Shown here piece by piece: positions 12,741 to 25,202 of a DNA stretch of 64,000 nucleotides. Below the pieces are notes generated by a model. The model searched no databases, had not been told where the DNA came from, and saw only the letters and a list, made by a program, of their open reading frames with translations. The stretch comes from Harriotta raleighana (lineage: Eukaryota). Position 1 is the first letter of the stretch. Each line of letters starts with the position of its first letter. The DNA is taken from NCBI GenBank assembly GCA_050575255.1, contig JBNZDD010013568.1, forward strand, positions 1,419,243 through 1,483,242, written 5' to 3'. Made by a program: the position numbers and the translations under genes.

Positions 12741-13796
12741 ATTCCCTTTTCTTTTCTAACGTCCTTCCACACCTCTAAGCACTCTTGAGATGCCGTCCGA
12801 CGTGGAGGGCGATATATAAATCAAAGTTTTTGTTGTTGTTATTGTTCAGGTTTACATTTAATAATCCCACAAACTCATCATATCCTACAGAGAGGAAGAA
12901 CAAAAGTCTTGTGATCTTATGATTGTTTTTTTTCATATATTAAGGCTTGAGGAATTGGTGTTGTAGCTGAGAAGTAAATGACAAATGTGTCACCGGAGAA
13001 TGTGTCACAAGATATAATGGACCTGAATCTAAGTAAGCTGTAAAGTCAATAAAATGTATGATCAATGGACCTCCTCTAAATTGACTTCAAATAAATATTT
13101 GCCTATAAGGTTGTGACTTGTAGCTGAATTTGCTGCCTTTGTTAAGCAGGTTAATGAGGCAGCAATGCAATATTTAAAAGTAACATAAATATAGGAATCC
13201 AGAATGAATAATTCATTTCTGTCAAGGAGAATATACCAGTCTAAGGCTGGTGGCGAAAAGTAGAACCACAGTTCCACTGACTTTTCATTAATGAAGCCTT
13301 AATGACAAAAAGATTCAAATAAATGTCCCACGGTTCAAAGCAAGCCGCCGTTATATTGGATTAAGTATTATATTGTGTTTGACACTTGGCACTCTACAAG
13401 TTGACGGAGGCGTACATCTGAATGATCAATCTCCTTCTGACGGTAAAAGTAGGAAAGGCTTACATTTCCTGGATTTCTACCAAGATCAATACATCATTAG
13501 CATGTAATGAGGCAGCTGACAGGGAATAAGAATTTAATGATTAGCTCCCAGAGAGTCTCGGAGTAACTTATTTTATTTATACAGTCTCCTCAAATAATAA
13601 CATTGGTGTGCTGCTCACAGCAGGTTACTAAATGACTTGTGTCTCTTTCCATAAACTATCCCAGCTGTATTTTAATTTGGGAAACATAAAGTTATCTCGT
13701 TATAAGTGAGTTGTGTTTTCTCGTTGTTTCTGTGCAAGAACTGATGGTTTAACCCATTTGAAACTGTAACATCTCTTGGTCCCAAACTCAGATCGT

Positions 13797-13911
13797 GATC
13801 ACCTTTACCTCTATTACTGGGATCACCTTTACCTCTAATACTGGGATCACCTTTACCTCTATTACCGGGATCATCTTTACCTCTATTACTGGGATCATCT
13901 TTACCTCTATT
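13797..13911. repeat. 24-bp minisatellite, about 4.8 copies (GATCAYCTTTACCTCTATTACTGG)
   Basis: Units start at 13797, 13821, 13845, 13869 and 13893 with 0-1 substitutions each. Confidence 0.97.
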
Positions 13912-15366
13912 GATAGTGAACACTGCTACTTGGAACTAGAACTTTCAAAATGTGAATCGAATGCTCATGTTGGAAATTAATGTCTCTGTAGGATGGAATT
14001 ATCATGACCCAGAAAGTATGTGTTGCTTATATCTATTTGACTAGTCCAGTTCAAAACCCTACTAATAGTGGACTGCTTATTCCGCAATCCCTTTGTCCTG
14101 ATAATCATCTGAGGCCCTCTCCTGCAGACCCCATTTCCGGGGTTGTGAAGAGTCGATTGAAGTCACACTCAAATGCATTCCTCTCCCCAGATTGCGATCA
14201 ACACATGGAACAGAATTATCAGGTAATTGATGATTGGGATCAGGACACTGGAATTATTTGCCTAACTGTCTGATGTCTGTAATGGGAAGGCAGTTGGATT
14301 GATATCTGGAAGGGTGAGCTCAAATTGGCCAGATGTTTTTCTTCTTCCAGACCTTTCTGGTGATCTTGTGTTACTGATTTGAATCCAGTCGTCTGCATTT
14401 GCCCCATTGGAACAAGCCCTGGCATTCATACCATTAAACAATATTAATCCATGAAAAAAAAACACCAAAGCGTTTCATTAATTTGAATAGTGCCTGGCGA
14501 CATAAAATCCAAGAAATGATTCTCTGGAGTTTCTCCTGTTACAACAGCCTTTTCCAGACATTGCTGTGATAGCTTTTGGGCAGACTTCACCGGGTAGAGT
14601 GTTGATCTTTTTCTGCACAGTGTCGTACTGAGCCACACCATCGTTCAGCTGTTCACGCTGAGTTTTTATTAACGCAGTGTAACAAAACTAATTTTGTTGA
14701 ACTGAACAGCTCCACAGAAATGGGGCTGTGTGAAGGGCCTTTCGGGATCAATGCGCACTAAAGAAAGCTTTGTGTCAGGGCTCAGCGCAGCTGTGGGGAG
14801 AGGGATTCAATGACATCAGGGTGAATGGCAGTCAATGAAGTAGAAGAGGACAGCTGAAGCATTTGTAACACATTGTTGAGATTGCTCCCCGCTTGCCTAC
14901 CACTGTGCTCTCTGTGTGCAGCGCTGTTCTGATTACGCTGAAGTTACATTCTGTTAATACTCCTTAAAGAAACTTATAATAATGCCAGAAGATTGTTTGC
15001 AGATGGTTGTAATTCCTTTCCCATATGCTTCATAAACGCATTAATAAATGGAAAGACAGTGACATATGTTCTGCCACACGAGATGTGGTGACAAGTCGTC
15101 TTTGCGGATGTTAATGTCAAGATTTCTTCAAGACTGAACTGAATGCAGAGGTTCCCAGCAGCCAAAAAACATGATATCCATACGTATAAGGTATCATTAC
15201 ATCGCTAAAAAGCATTTGGTCAATCTTACTGAAGCTGAAACAGTTGGACTCTGGGTGTCTTGCTTGTTGATCGTGATCTGGGAGGGTTCTATGTGGCCAA
15301 CAACAGGCCAGAAGTGTTGGGTGGGGGGTGGAGTGTACCTGATAAATCTCTGGGCCTGTTTTTAAA

Positions 15367-15535
15367 AATAATAATCCTTACATTTGATATAGCGCTTTTC
15401 ACATCGGGAGTTATGAATCACAGGGCTTCACAGGGTATTCTGTAAATTGTAAATTGGAGTGACTGGGTGTTTTATGGGCAAATGTGGCAGCCAATTAATT
15501 TGCAGATAGTAATATCCCACAAACAGCCATGAAAT
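15367..15535 (-). mobile_element. Deu-type SINE 3' half (tail C)
   Basis: aataataatccttacatttgatatagcgcttttcac...ggcagccaatt...atcccacaaacagcc. Confidence 0.75.
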
Positions 15536-15600
15536 AGACCCATGCTCTTCCCTTTCTGTGATTTTAAAACATACTACAGCATCTAGGTATCTGGTTACAT

Positions 15601-15904
15601 CAGAGGCATGTTTAAGTCTTCACACAACTCAGTGCGTTTTCCTAGGGGCCCGTCACTGACGTCACGTTTAATAAGTGCGCGTACATGCACAATTTTTTGA
15701 AATTAAGTTTTAGGCGGGTAGGATGCCTCTTTAGGTGGATCGCCTGCTCCGCTGAGCTGGGGAGAGCTCAGATATGTAACATAGATAAGAGCACAGCACA
15801 CTCAAATCCTCCCATGTAGATGATTTTTTGGCCTCCTTTGGGGGCAATAGGATGGGGCCCATCAGTGAGTTGCATCGATTGCACAGACGTTAAAAACTCC
15901 TCTG
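15601..15904. mobile_element. Non-autonomous hAT-superfamily DNA transposon, 304 bp
   Basis: Termini CAGAGG...CCTCTG with imperfect TIRs (cagaggcatgtttaagtct vs reverse complement cagaggagtttttaacgtct) and exact 8-bp TSD GGTTACAT at 15593-15600 and 15905-15912. Confidence 0.85.
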
Positions 15905-15974
15905 GGTTACATATCTTTCATGCCACATAGCAACTTAGTGCTTTGGGTAATTTGTTCCTCTTCGAACAATTTGC

Positions 15975-16150
15975 TCACTGCAATGTCTCACAAACAGCCA
16001 TGAAGTGTATCACCAATTTATGAGGACACTGAGAGATACTCTTCTCTTTTCCATGAGTGTCATAGGATTGTTAACATTTACCCGAACAGGCAAACGGGGC
16101 CTCGGTTTAGGGTCTCATCTGAAGAGAGGCACCAAATAATGCAACGATTT
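15975..16150 (-). mobile_element. Older Deu-domain SINE fragment (SacSINE1/AmnSINE-like)
   Basis: caggcaaacggggcctcggtttagggtctcatctgaagagaggcacc matches the recalled Deu-domain core (ggggcctcggtttaacgtctcatccgaaagacggcacc). Confidence 0.7.
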
Positions 16151-16386
16151 ACCCCACCAACAACTCGCTGCATGTCTCCTGGGATGGCAAGGAGGAACTG
16201 ACTATCGGGAAGTAGAGCTAGAACAGTAATACAACAACAACAACAACAACAACAAAATTACACTTATAGAGCGCGTTTCACGTCAGGAGGACATCTCAAG
16301 GCGCTGAAGGAAGCGGTGTGAGAGCAAAACTAATGGGAACAGGAAGAGGTTCTGTTATGATTTGGGGAACAATTACCATTTGGGCC

Positions 16387-16444
16387 AGAAGGGAGTGGGG
16401 GGAAGAAGGGGAGTGGGGGGAAGAAGGGAAGTGGGGGGAAAGAA
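16387..16444. repeat. 3 x about 18-bp G-rich repeat (AGAAGGGGAGTGGGGGGA)
   Basis: Direct reading of the sequence. Confidence 0.85.
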
Positions 16445-16844
16445 AGACAAGAGAACTCTTAACACACAGTGGATGTAACACATCTCCCAGTGAAGCCTTA
16501 CCACAGAGAGAAGACCATGGGATGAATGTTTCATTTGAAAGTTTTCATCTCCAAACACACCTCTGTAGATACTGCTCCATCGCCGTGTGGAAGAGAAGCA
16601 AGCGCTCTTTTTACTCCTCCTGAAATGTGTACTGAACTGTGCTTGCTGTTATGATGCATACAAAAGTCTTTGGCGGAGTATTGTGGGAGCTTTCAGTGTG
16701 ACATTGTGCACCTCTGATCTTTTGTTCTTTGGTACAGTTTTGTACTCTTCTTCTGAAACTTCAGACATTAATGCCTCTACCCTGTGCTCAGTGCAAGGAT
16801 TATTTATTATAGATAGTAGTTACTAGATTTATGTACAAGTTCTC

Positions 16845-17045
16845 CAATATAATAATCCCTCAAAAAAACCAATAATAATTTGGTCACTCAATCTGATTGT
16901 GGGACACTGCTGTGTGAAATTGGCTGCTGCGTTTCACCTACAAATGTGCAGTCAATTCACTTTTCAGGGTATTCTGTGAAGCACTTTGAGATGTCTAGAA
17001 GACGTGAAAAGCGTTACATCAACTACAAGTATTATTATTATTATT
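16845..17045 (+). mobile_element. 5'-truncated tRNA/Deu SINE (tail C)
   Basis: Colinear with 25315-25523, ends in (ATT)n. Confidence 0.85.
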
Positions 17046-17319
17046 GATTGTGTGTGTATCCTTGTAATCGTATGTGTTTGTTTGCAAATCTTGTGATTTT
17101 TTTTGCTTCTGCTCATCTTCTTTATGGATTCTTTGCTGTGTCTGGCAGTGGGTTTAAGACAAAATATTTTATATGTAGCCATGCGTATTGTTTGAGCCAT
17201 AAGTTATTAAATGTTTAAGTATGTTAAAGAAATGCTTTCTCAAAGGATTATTCCTTATAACCGGACAAAAGTGATTCAAAACCTGTCCATTTCAATCATC
17301 CGCAGTAAGATTACGTCAA

Positions 17320-17462
17320 TTTTCCTACTCTCCTTTCCCCTATCCCGTCCCCTCCACCCTTGCTCTGGTCCCTACCTGACTGTTCAGCGCCTTGGGACAT
17401 CCTCCCGACGTGAAAGGTGCTCTTGTCAATGTAATTTTGATTGATTGATTGATTGATTGATT
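17320..17462 (+). mobile_element. Pyrimidine spacer + L2 tail type A + (GATT)n
   Basis: Reverse complement of the 3' part of 4937-5135 and 22835-23025. Confidence 0.8.
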
Positions 17463-20088
17463 ACTGGAGAAAAACAACAGCTAGAATAATTTCCATTAGA
17501 GACGGAGAGTTCACGTATGCTCAGAATCTACTCTGTCAGTAAGGTAGATACTTCAAACCATGTTTGAAACATATGGCACTTAAATATTAATTGCCGTTTT
17601 CCTTATTACGCCGTTTTTTATGACTGATCCATTTTGTTCCTGTACTGACCCAGTGAGCACAAAAAAATTCATTAACCCACCATTTAAATACCTATTATCA
17701 TTCTCTTTTTAGAGCGCAGCTTTTACGACAGATTAATTCCTTAAGTACGCTGACCCAGATAATACCGAGAGAATAATTAGGCATTGGCAGGACTGTAATA
17801 ACACTTTTATCAAATGGATCTAAATGAAATGATGGTTTAATCATCCAGATGTCATTGCAAACTCTCATCTGAGTCCAGTAGTTTCAACATAAGTTTATTA
17901 CATTGGGCATTTCAATAAAATGATCTCAATTTTCCCGGATATTCATGTACTTTTACGTAATGGATTATATGGGGCGGGGGGGAATCTTCAACTGATTGAG
18001 ACGCTTAATTTGAATAGGTAGGCAGCTATATGGAGGAAAGATAGCCTCCATTTATGGAAGTTTCAGTTTAGTTTGGATGACGGATTTCATGTGTCAGACA
18101 TCTGCTGACCAAAACAAAACAGAAATGTGGATCAATAGGAATTGAAAAGATCAAGAAATAAGATGAAATAATGACCCCAATGGTCTGCACCCCTCTCTAA
18201 AAATAATCCAATACATTTATACTAATTTGAGATACGAAGTGAAATCAATCATTTTGCATACCACTACAATTAAAATGAAGTGACTGCGGTCTGAAAAATT
18301 ATCACTTTGAAGATGATTTATTGCAGTAACCATTGGTTCGGTGGGGAGGTGTGTAAAATACCACACTAAGACGTGACTTGATTGGAAAATGTATATTGCT
18401 TGAATAATGTGGCATGATTTAATAAACCACCCCTAAAGAGTAGTGATTAAGCTTCCAAACAACGCTGGATTAAACTGATGCACAGGTAGGTGAGCTGTGC
18501 AGCTAAACCAATATAAACCAAGGTAAATGGAAAAACGTGTCACAGGATGCCCTCGTACTAGAAATCTGCTGCAATTATCACCCATTAAATCTTCAACGTA
18601 GTTGGAGTACGGACGATCTCAGTGAAGTATTACAATGGCAGCTTTGCTGGATGTTTGGTAAATTCTCCAAGACTGTAAAAGTTATTGGTATCCTTAAAAT
18701 TAATCTCAAAATCAGATTAAATTAAATCACTAACTCACCACAGGTTAACCTCCACATTTAGCTACATCCTGTAGAAGGAATCAGTACACTTTATCATGTC
18801 AACGGCAGTTGAGGCCAAGATCCTGGACTGTGTTAGGACACAATTTATACTAATCCTTGCATTTGATAAAGCACCTTGTAACGTCTACGAGAAATCTCAA
18901 AGCGCTTCACAGAATATGCTGTAAAGTGAATTGACTGAATTTTGTAGGCGAAACTCGATACTGTAATGGGAGGACAACAGATACAGGTAAGGAAACACTG
19001 GATTGATGGGACACCATCTGCGGATGAGATGTTAAACTCCAGCTTCCATCTGCCTGTTCAGTTGCAATTTTTGTTTCTGAGTGGATCTGTTGCAGGGTGA
19101 AACCACTGAAACAAATTGCTTGGAAAAAAGTGGATCATTTAAAAATATGCTTGAGATTTCCTTTGTCGAAAAGCAGCCAAGATGAGTCATAAAAAATAAA
19201 TGTGTCGCCTTAATGATGCACACACTTCAATCCTAGTGACTGATCAAGTCTTTCTGACAAAATGTCATGAGCGGTGTTAGAGAGTGGGAAAGTATTCACC
19301 AAGGGGATGCAGTAAAATGTTAATCAGTATACAGGAAGTTAATTATTAATTATAATTATGATAATTATCCAAATTACAACGCATTTGGCTGTTCTAAAAA
19401 TGACCATTTTTTTGTGAACTATTGTCATGCTAATCACCATTATAATGTATTATATCCTACTTGCTTCTATTCTTTGCAACTATTCATTCATTGCTGATGA
19501 GCTCTGGGGATCGACAATGAGCGTTCCTGTATGTTGGATCTAATTGAGAAGAGATTTCCTGCAACATGTTAATGAGGAAAAACTGCTAGCTATTGTACCT
19601 AGGTGTGGTATTCAACGCGATGTAAAATAACACCAGAATCGCCATGTTACCCAGAGTATAGGATATTTATTCCTAGCTTGTCTTATACAAAGCTGATTCC
19701 TCATTGCTCACGTTTGTAGTGACTTGATACCTCAATTCCGATTGCTAAGTGTCAGCCTGCCTAAGTCATTTGTATTCTTGCCTCAGGGTAAGAAGGTTGT
19801 GGGTCAAGCTCCTGGTTGGGAAATTTCGCTCGCAGTCTAGACTCACACTCAGTACTGGTAAGCTCTAAAGCCAGTGATGCCTTACGCATAAGATAAAATA
19901 CAACTAGATTTTTGGGTCGGAGAACTTTCTCTGACTCCTGTAACTTGTTAGTCAGATGAGGATCCTGCTAGAACATTGCTTGGTAATATAGGGAATGGAT
20001 TGCACTGTATGAGTAACAGGCTATTACTCTGAGCTTTCATTTCTAACATATCCTCATTAACAGTGCATTCTCAGCACCAAATCAGACG

Positions 20089-20770
20089 CAACAACATCCA
20101 CAGAAAAATTCCGTATGTAAAGCGCCTTTCATATTGGGAGCTCATCCCAAGACGCTGGACAGTCAGTGTTTCAGACACAAGTTGATGTCGGGATCACGAC
20201 GGTGGAGAAAAGGGAGTGGAATGGGGGGGGTGACCGAAGGCACGGTCGAAGAGGAGGGTACTTGAGGCAGGACTTGAAGGGGGCTAGGGAGGGGGCGAGG
20301 AGGAGGGATTGCAGGATGGAATTCCAAAGGTTGGGGGCAGGGTGGCTGAAGGCTTGCCCTCTAATGGTGTGATGGGTGGGTGGGTCAGGGGACATGGAGC
20401 AGACCAGAGCCCGCTGAGCGGAGGGAACAGACAGATTGTTAGGGGTTTAGGAGGTTGCAGAGATAGTGTGGGGCAAGGCCATGGAGGGCTTTAAAGGTGA
20501 GGACCAGGATTTTGAATTGAATCCACTGAATAATGGGAAGCCGGTGGAGTCAGGCAAGAATGGGGTTGAAAGGGTTGCAGAGCTTGGTGCAGGAGAAGAC
20601 ACAAAGTGCAGAGTTCTGGATGATCTGTATCTTATGGATGGAAGAGTTAGGTGTGCTGAAAAGTAAAGTGTTGGCATAGGCAAGCCTGGACATGATGAAG
20701 GCATGAAAGAGACTTTCAGCAGCCTCAGGGCTGAGGTAGTGGCGGAGTTAGACACAACTGTATTACTGAA
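20089..20770 (-). mobile_element. 5'-truncated L2-clade LINE with tail type A
   Basis: Minus strand reads FHAFIMSRLAYAN...QNSA...QFKILVLTFKALHGLAPHYLCNLL (with a stop) and GQAFSHPAPNLWNSI; ends cagcgtcttgggatgagctcccaatatgaaaggcgct...gttgttg. Confidence 0.9.
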
Positions 20771-22834
20771 CAAACTCTCGCAAAACTGGTATTATGCCTA
20801 GAATTCATATAATTATCGCATCTATCACCAATTAGTAAAGCATATAAGTGGAACTAGATCAATAATTCCTCACAGTGGAGCAAATTATTCCTGTTTAGGA
20901 GCAAATTTTGGTCCCCAGTTCTCTTGAGTTGCATATTTAGAGTTGGGGAGAATTAAGACACTGTTTTGAAATTGTAATCGGAGGTGTAACAAATTATATT
21001 TGAGTGTATATTAACAGTACTGCATTGAAGTGTCAGCCTTGACTCCGGGCTCAAGTCGTAACCTGGGGGCTTGCACCCAGCAGCTGCTTAACTGATTGCA
21101 CAAAGTATGCTCAGGATTAGTCAACCTGCAATAAAATCTGAACACATGACAAAGTGTATTTGAGAAATAATGAACGATTATTTCAGAATTACAGCGCTGC
21201 AGTGTAAAGGGAAATTAACAGTGAACAGTCTAGAATTACAGTTGTTGCCCGAGTGTTTGATTGACAGAGTAACTTGAGCATCAATCACTGTTCCCATTAT
21301 CCATACCTCAGCACATGCTATTGTGCAGTGGTTGGAGTGTGTTGGAGCAGGAAACAGCACAAGATAGCGGAATGAATTAAACAGAGCTGAAAGCCTCAAT
21401 GTAGAAAGACTCCTGGGCATTGATCTGATAAAATGAGACCTTTTGGAGTGTAGTTAAGCAAGCATGTCATTGATGTTTGCAGAAATATTTGTGCTTTAGA
21501 GAGCTGTTCAGAGCAATTCTTGTCATTCTAGTGGGGTTTTTTTCCCGCAATAGTCACTACTCTTTCGATTGCAATCTGTGTATGATTTCTCGGTAAAAAA
21601 GTCTTTGAAGTTTGGCTCATTCTATATGAGAGAGAGAGAGAGAGTGAGCCCTTCAGCACAGTGCGGATTTACATTGACTTTCTTTTCATGCATCCAGCTT
21701 TATTTAAAACTGCTGCTTTGTTTTATTATGCTTCGGGATTTGAGCGATGCCACGTTTTGCCAGCGTTCGTTGTCCATCTCTGGGTGCTGTTTGAAGACGA
21801 CGGTGGGCCTTCTCTTTATCCTGCTGCAGTCCTTGGGGCCCGAGATAGGAATGGCATCTGGGCTCTGGAGATCAGTGAGAATGGAAAGACAGAATTGTTT
21901 TTCTCTAACCCTACAAAAGCCAAAGAGCGCATCTCAAAGGTCTATAATCCAACTTAGTCTTAGCGAGCGAGACTCTTAAAATTTAAGAGTACGCAGAATT
22001 GTAGAATATTCTGAATTTAGAAGATGCTTCTATCTGAGAACTATTGAAAATTCTCCCTTGTGCTGGAGAAGCAACCAAGACTGCAAGCCTCAAAAAGAGT
22101 TCCCGACGCATAAACTTCTGATCCATAGCCCAAACATAATATCTCTGCCTGTTGCAGCACTATCTGACTTGGGAGAGTAAGCAATGAACTGATTTACCAG
22201 CACTGAAGTCAGCATCATTCTTACAATAATTATATCCAGAAGGCCATAAAAAGATGATTTGATCAGTTTATTCTGCTAGAGGCTCACGTAGGCTTCCTGC
22301 AATTGAAAAATCACAGAGCTGAAAAGATTAGCCAGCATTTCGCCCCAATAAAGGTAGGACATCTCTGATTTGGACCCAGGGAACTTTCCCCTTTAAATGA
22401 CAGAGGTTAATTGGAGGTCCAAGACACATTCCGAGCTGCAACAATTTCCTGCAGAGAGAAGTGAAGATGTTTTCGCCTGAATATCTCAGATGTACCTGCA
22501 ATGAATAACAAGTGCTTCAGGCAAGAGGCAGCTCAGATTGTGGATATCAATTTAACAGCTGATCACACGGAACACGATTTCAATTAACCCCATGAATGCC
22601 ACGGGGGCAGCAGGCTTATAATTACTCTGTCAGCAATTTTTCCACCTTACACAGAAATAACCACACTTCAGTGACCAGGAAACCAACCCAGACATTCCCA
22701 GAGCTGAGCCTCGGAGAAAATAGGAAACTTTACAGATTTATAGATTAATAAAAGCACTACTTACTTTTTTACCCTTTCACAGACAATTGCATCTCAAAGC
22801 AGTGTGACAGAGGCAGTGTGAGACACTGTGCAAA

Positions 22835-23128
22835 TCAATCAATATCAATCAATAATTACAGTTATATAGCGCCTTTCATGTTGGGAGGATGTCCCAAGGC
22901 GCTGAACAGTCAGGTAGGGATCAGAGCAGGTGGGGAGAGGCCGGGGGAAGGAACGTAGGAAATTATTTGTGGGCGAAACGTGGCAACCAATTTGCGCCCA
23001 GCAGTGTCCCACAAACAGTCATGGGAGTTGGGTTAGAGGAGAAAGGCGGGTGGCGGGGGGGAGGGGGAGTCAGAGTAGAGGGAAGGAGAGCAGGAAAACC
23101 GATTGTATATTTGTGGGCGAAACGCGAA
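22835..23128 (-). mobile_element. Deu-body/type-A-tail SINE with internal partial duplication
   Basis: Same layout as 4937-5135; the segment ...ggaa...tatttgtgggcgaaacg occurs twice (about 22945-22980 and 23080-23124). Confidence 0.75.
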
Positions 23129-23159
23129 ACAAAGAGAGGAGATATGACCTTCGGCGCAG

Positions 23160-23295
23160 TCAAAGAGTCTTTCTTTTAGGAACTTTTTAAAGACAGATAG
23201 CGAGGAGCGAGGCCGGGTGTTTGTGAGGGAGTTCGAGAGAGCAAAGGCCCCTAGTAGCTGAACGCTTAAGCACTGATGGTGGGGCAGAGGGAACA
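23160..23295 (-). mobile_element. Old L2 3' region fragment
   Basis: Reverse complement ccaccatcagtgcttaagcgttcagctactaggggcctttgctctctcgaactccctc resembles the L2 'AFS..GP.LWNSLP' region. Confidence 0.55.
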
Positions 23296-23464
23296 AGCAA
23301 TACATTCTGCCTGAGTTTGCCAATAAGAGGAGGAGAACAGAAGGAGGGAAGGGAAGAGAGCAACGTTTATCACAGTTCGCCCAGCCTCTTCACAGGCAAT
23401 AAACTGCTTTTCTGACTAAATCCTTCAACAGTATTACCGGCACTCGATAGAAGATATCGGGTTT

Positions 23465-23595
23465 GGGGACTACGTGAGAAGAGATTTAGGCTGCTTTCAC
23501 CAGAGTAAAGAAGGTGGTGAGTAGATCTGATAGAAGTGTTCAAAATAGTGAAGGGTTCTAAGTTTAAATAAGGAGAGGTTTGTATTCCCTCAGGC
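23465..23595 (+). mobile_element. Decayed CR1 RT C-terminal fragment
   Basis: ttaggctgctttcaccagagtaaagaaggtggtgagtagatctgatagaagtgttcaaaatagtgaaggg encodes ...DLIEVFKIVKG, a CR1 motif. Confidence 0.65.
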
Positions 23596-25202
23596 GAACA
23601 AAATCAGATAGCTTTAGGAAAAGAGGGAGGGAAGCGAAAAATTGCAAAAGCATTTTGTAAAATTTTATTTTATTGTGTATGCAACCTCCCTCTCTGCTTT
23701 CAGAATCCTATTAAAAACTTGCTTCTTATGTGACACATTCAGTCAACTCCATCTCACACAACAACCTCCATTGCATTTCCACTCTGATTTGTAAAAAGCT
23801 GTGAGACATTATGCTAGATGAAAGGCACTGACTGGGGTTATATTCTCACATGTCACAGCATGTTATATTCTTGTGATTACAAGCCTTATACTGGCTTCCA
23901 TGTGGTATATATTACTCAGAATTAACCAGATAAAATTAAGAGGGACAACACAAAACTGGAAAGTGGAATGGTGTGACCCAAACCATTTTCATCAAATGAA
24001 AATGTCACATTGTGAATATTAGCCCACTTTGTCACTTTAAGCCACAATAAACATGTATAACCAGTAATGGATGGCTTTAAAGTAGAAGGTATTATGTGAA
24101 GTAATCCCTATTGATTTACCTTGTAGTAACTGCACTTAGGAAGCAGCTATCTGTGTAGTTACAGAGGCTGATCACGTACTGGCTGGATCCTAGTTCAGAG
24201 TGGGCTGATGTGTCAGTATTCTGAATGCCAACAGTATCCCAACATTATAGTCAGGAGAAACCATATCATCTGCACATTCAAACCTGGTCATTCCAATCAC
24301 CTAAAGCTGTCATATTCCACAACCTCCAAAACCTAATCGGCGTAATGTTCCCCCAATATTTTCTGTTCAAAAGTTACTTATTTACTTTGGCTTTTTTTTA
24401 ATTGAACTCTCTTGATCTGATCCTGGTGTAGTATTTCCAAATGGCTGCTCCAGCATTTCAGCCCCAAGTTCATTCGAAAGAGTGAGCTCGGGGCTGAAAT
24501 CCTACAGCTCCATCTCCTGTAGAGACATCTCGTACAATGCAGGAGCACGCCACACAAACCCTGGAGCATCAGCAAAGATTTATCAGCTCAAAATAGTGTG
24601 AAAGTGTGACTTGAACACACAACCTTCTAACCCATGAATGGTGAAGCAGCAGGATAATATGGGGTGGGGGGGGGGGGATGGTTTGTAGGAATGGTTTGTG
24701 GTGTTAATTCACATTTACTATATACAGTAGTGTTACCCATTAAACTTCCATTAGAGGAAGCCAACCTTCAGCACTGTGCCCTCCGCTGTTTATCAATGGT
24801 AAGTGTGTCAGGTATCTGTACTGTCAAGTGTTCTTGGAATGAATTGAGGCTGATGATTGTGTTCACAATACTATATGAATATTTCCCCTCCTGTTAGATA
24901 GGAGCATGGAGCACTGAAAATACACTCATACATAAATAATATAAGCCATTAGAAGCTCATCAACCATCAGTCCAGCAAGCTGATGCCTCACACCTTATGA
25001 ATAAAGAAACATTTTACACTGCCTGTAGCTACCATGATTTATACACCTATCAGCAAGTTGTATATTTTGGCTTGCTCCTTCCCTCCCCTACCCCCACCCC
25101 ACCACCACCACTCTTTGTTTGCCCAGTGACTCTTTGTTTTGTCGGGAAGAGGATTGAGTTGGTTAGTGTGAGCTTCACTGAATAACATTCACATTCACTA
25201 CA

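Noticed and set aside
13672-13980. Repeat-peptide ORFs / CRISPR-like periodicity
   Set aside because: Head-to-tail 24-bp minisatellite with no spacers, in vertebrate DNA
24755-24805. 44-nt micro-exon with strong gtaagt donor
   Set aside because: Weak acceptor, unrecognised peptide, and the sequence resembles a decayed antisense Deu-SINE
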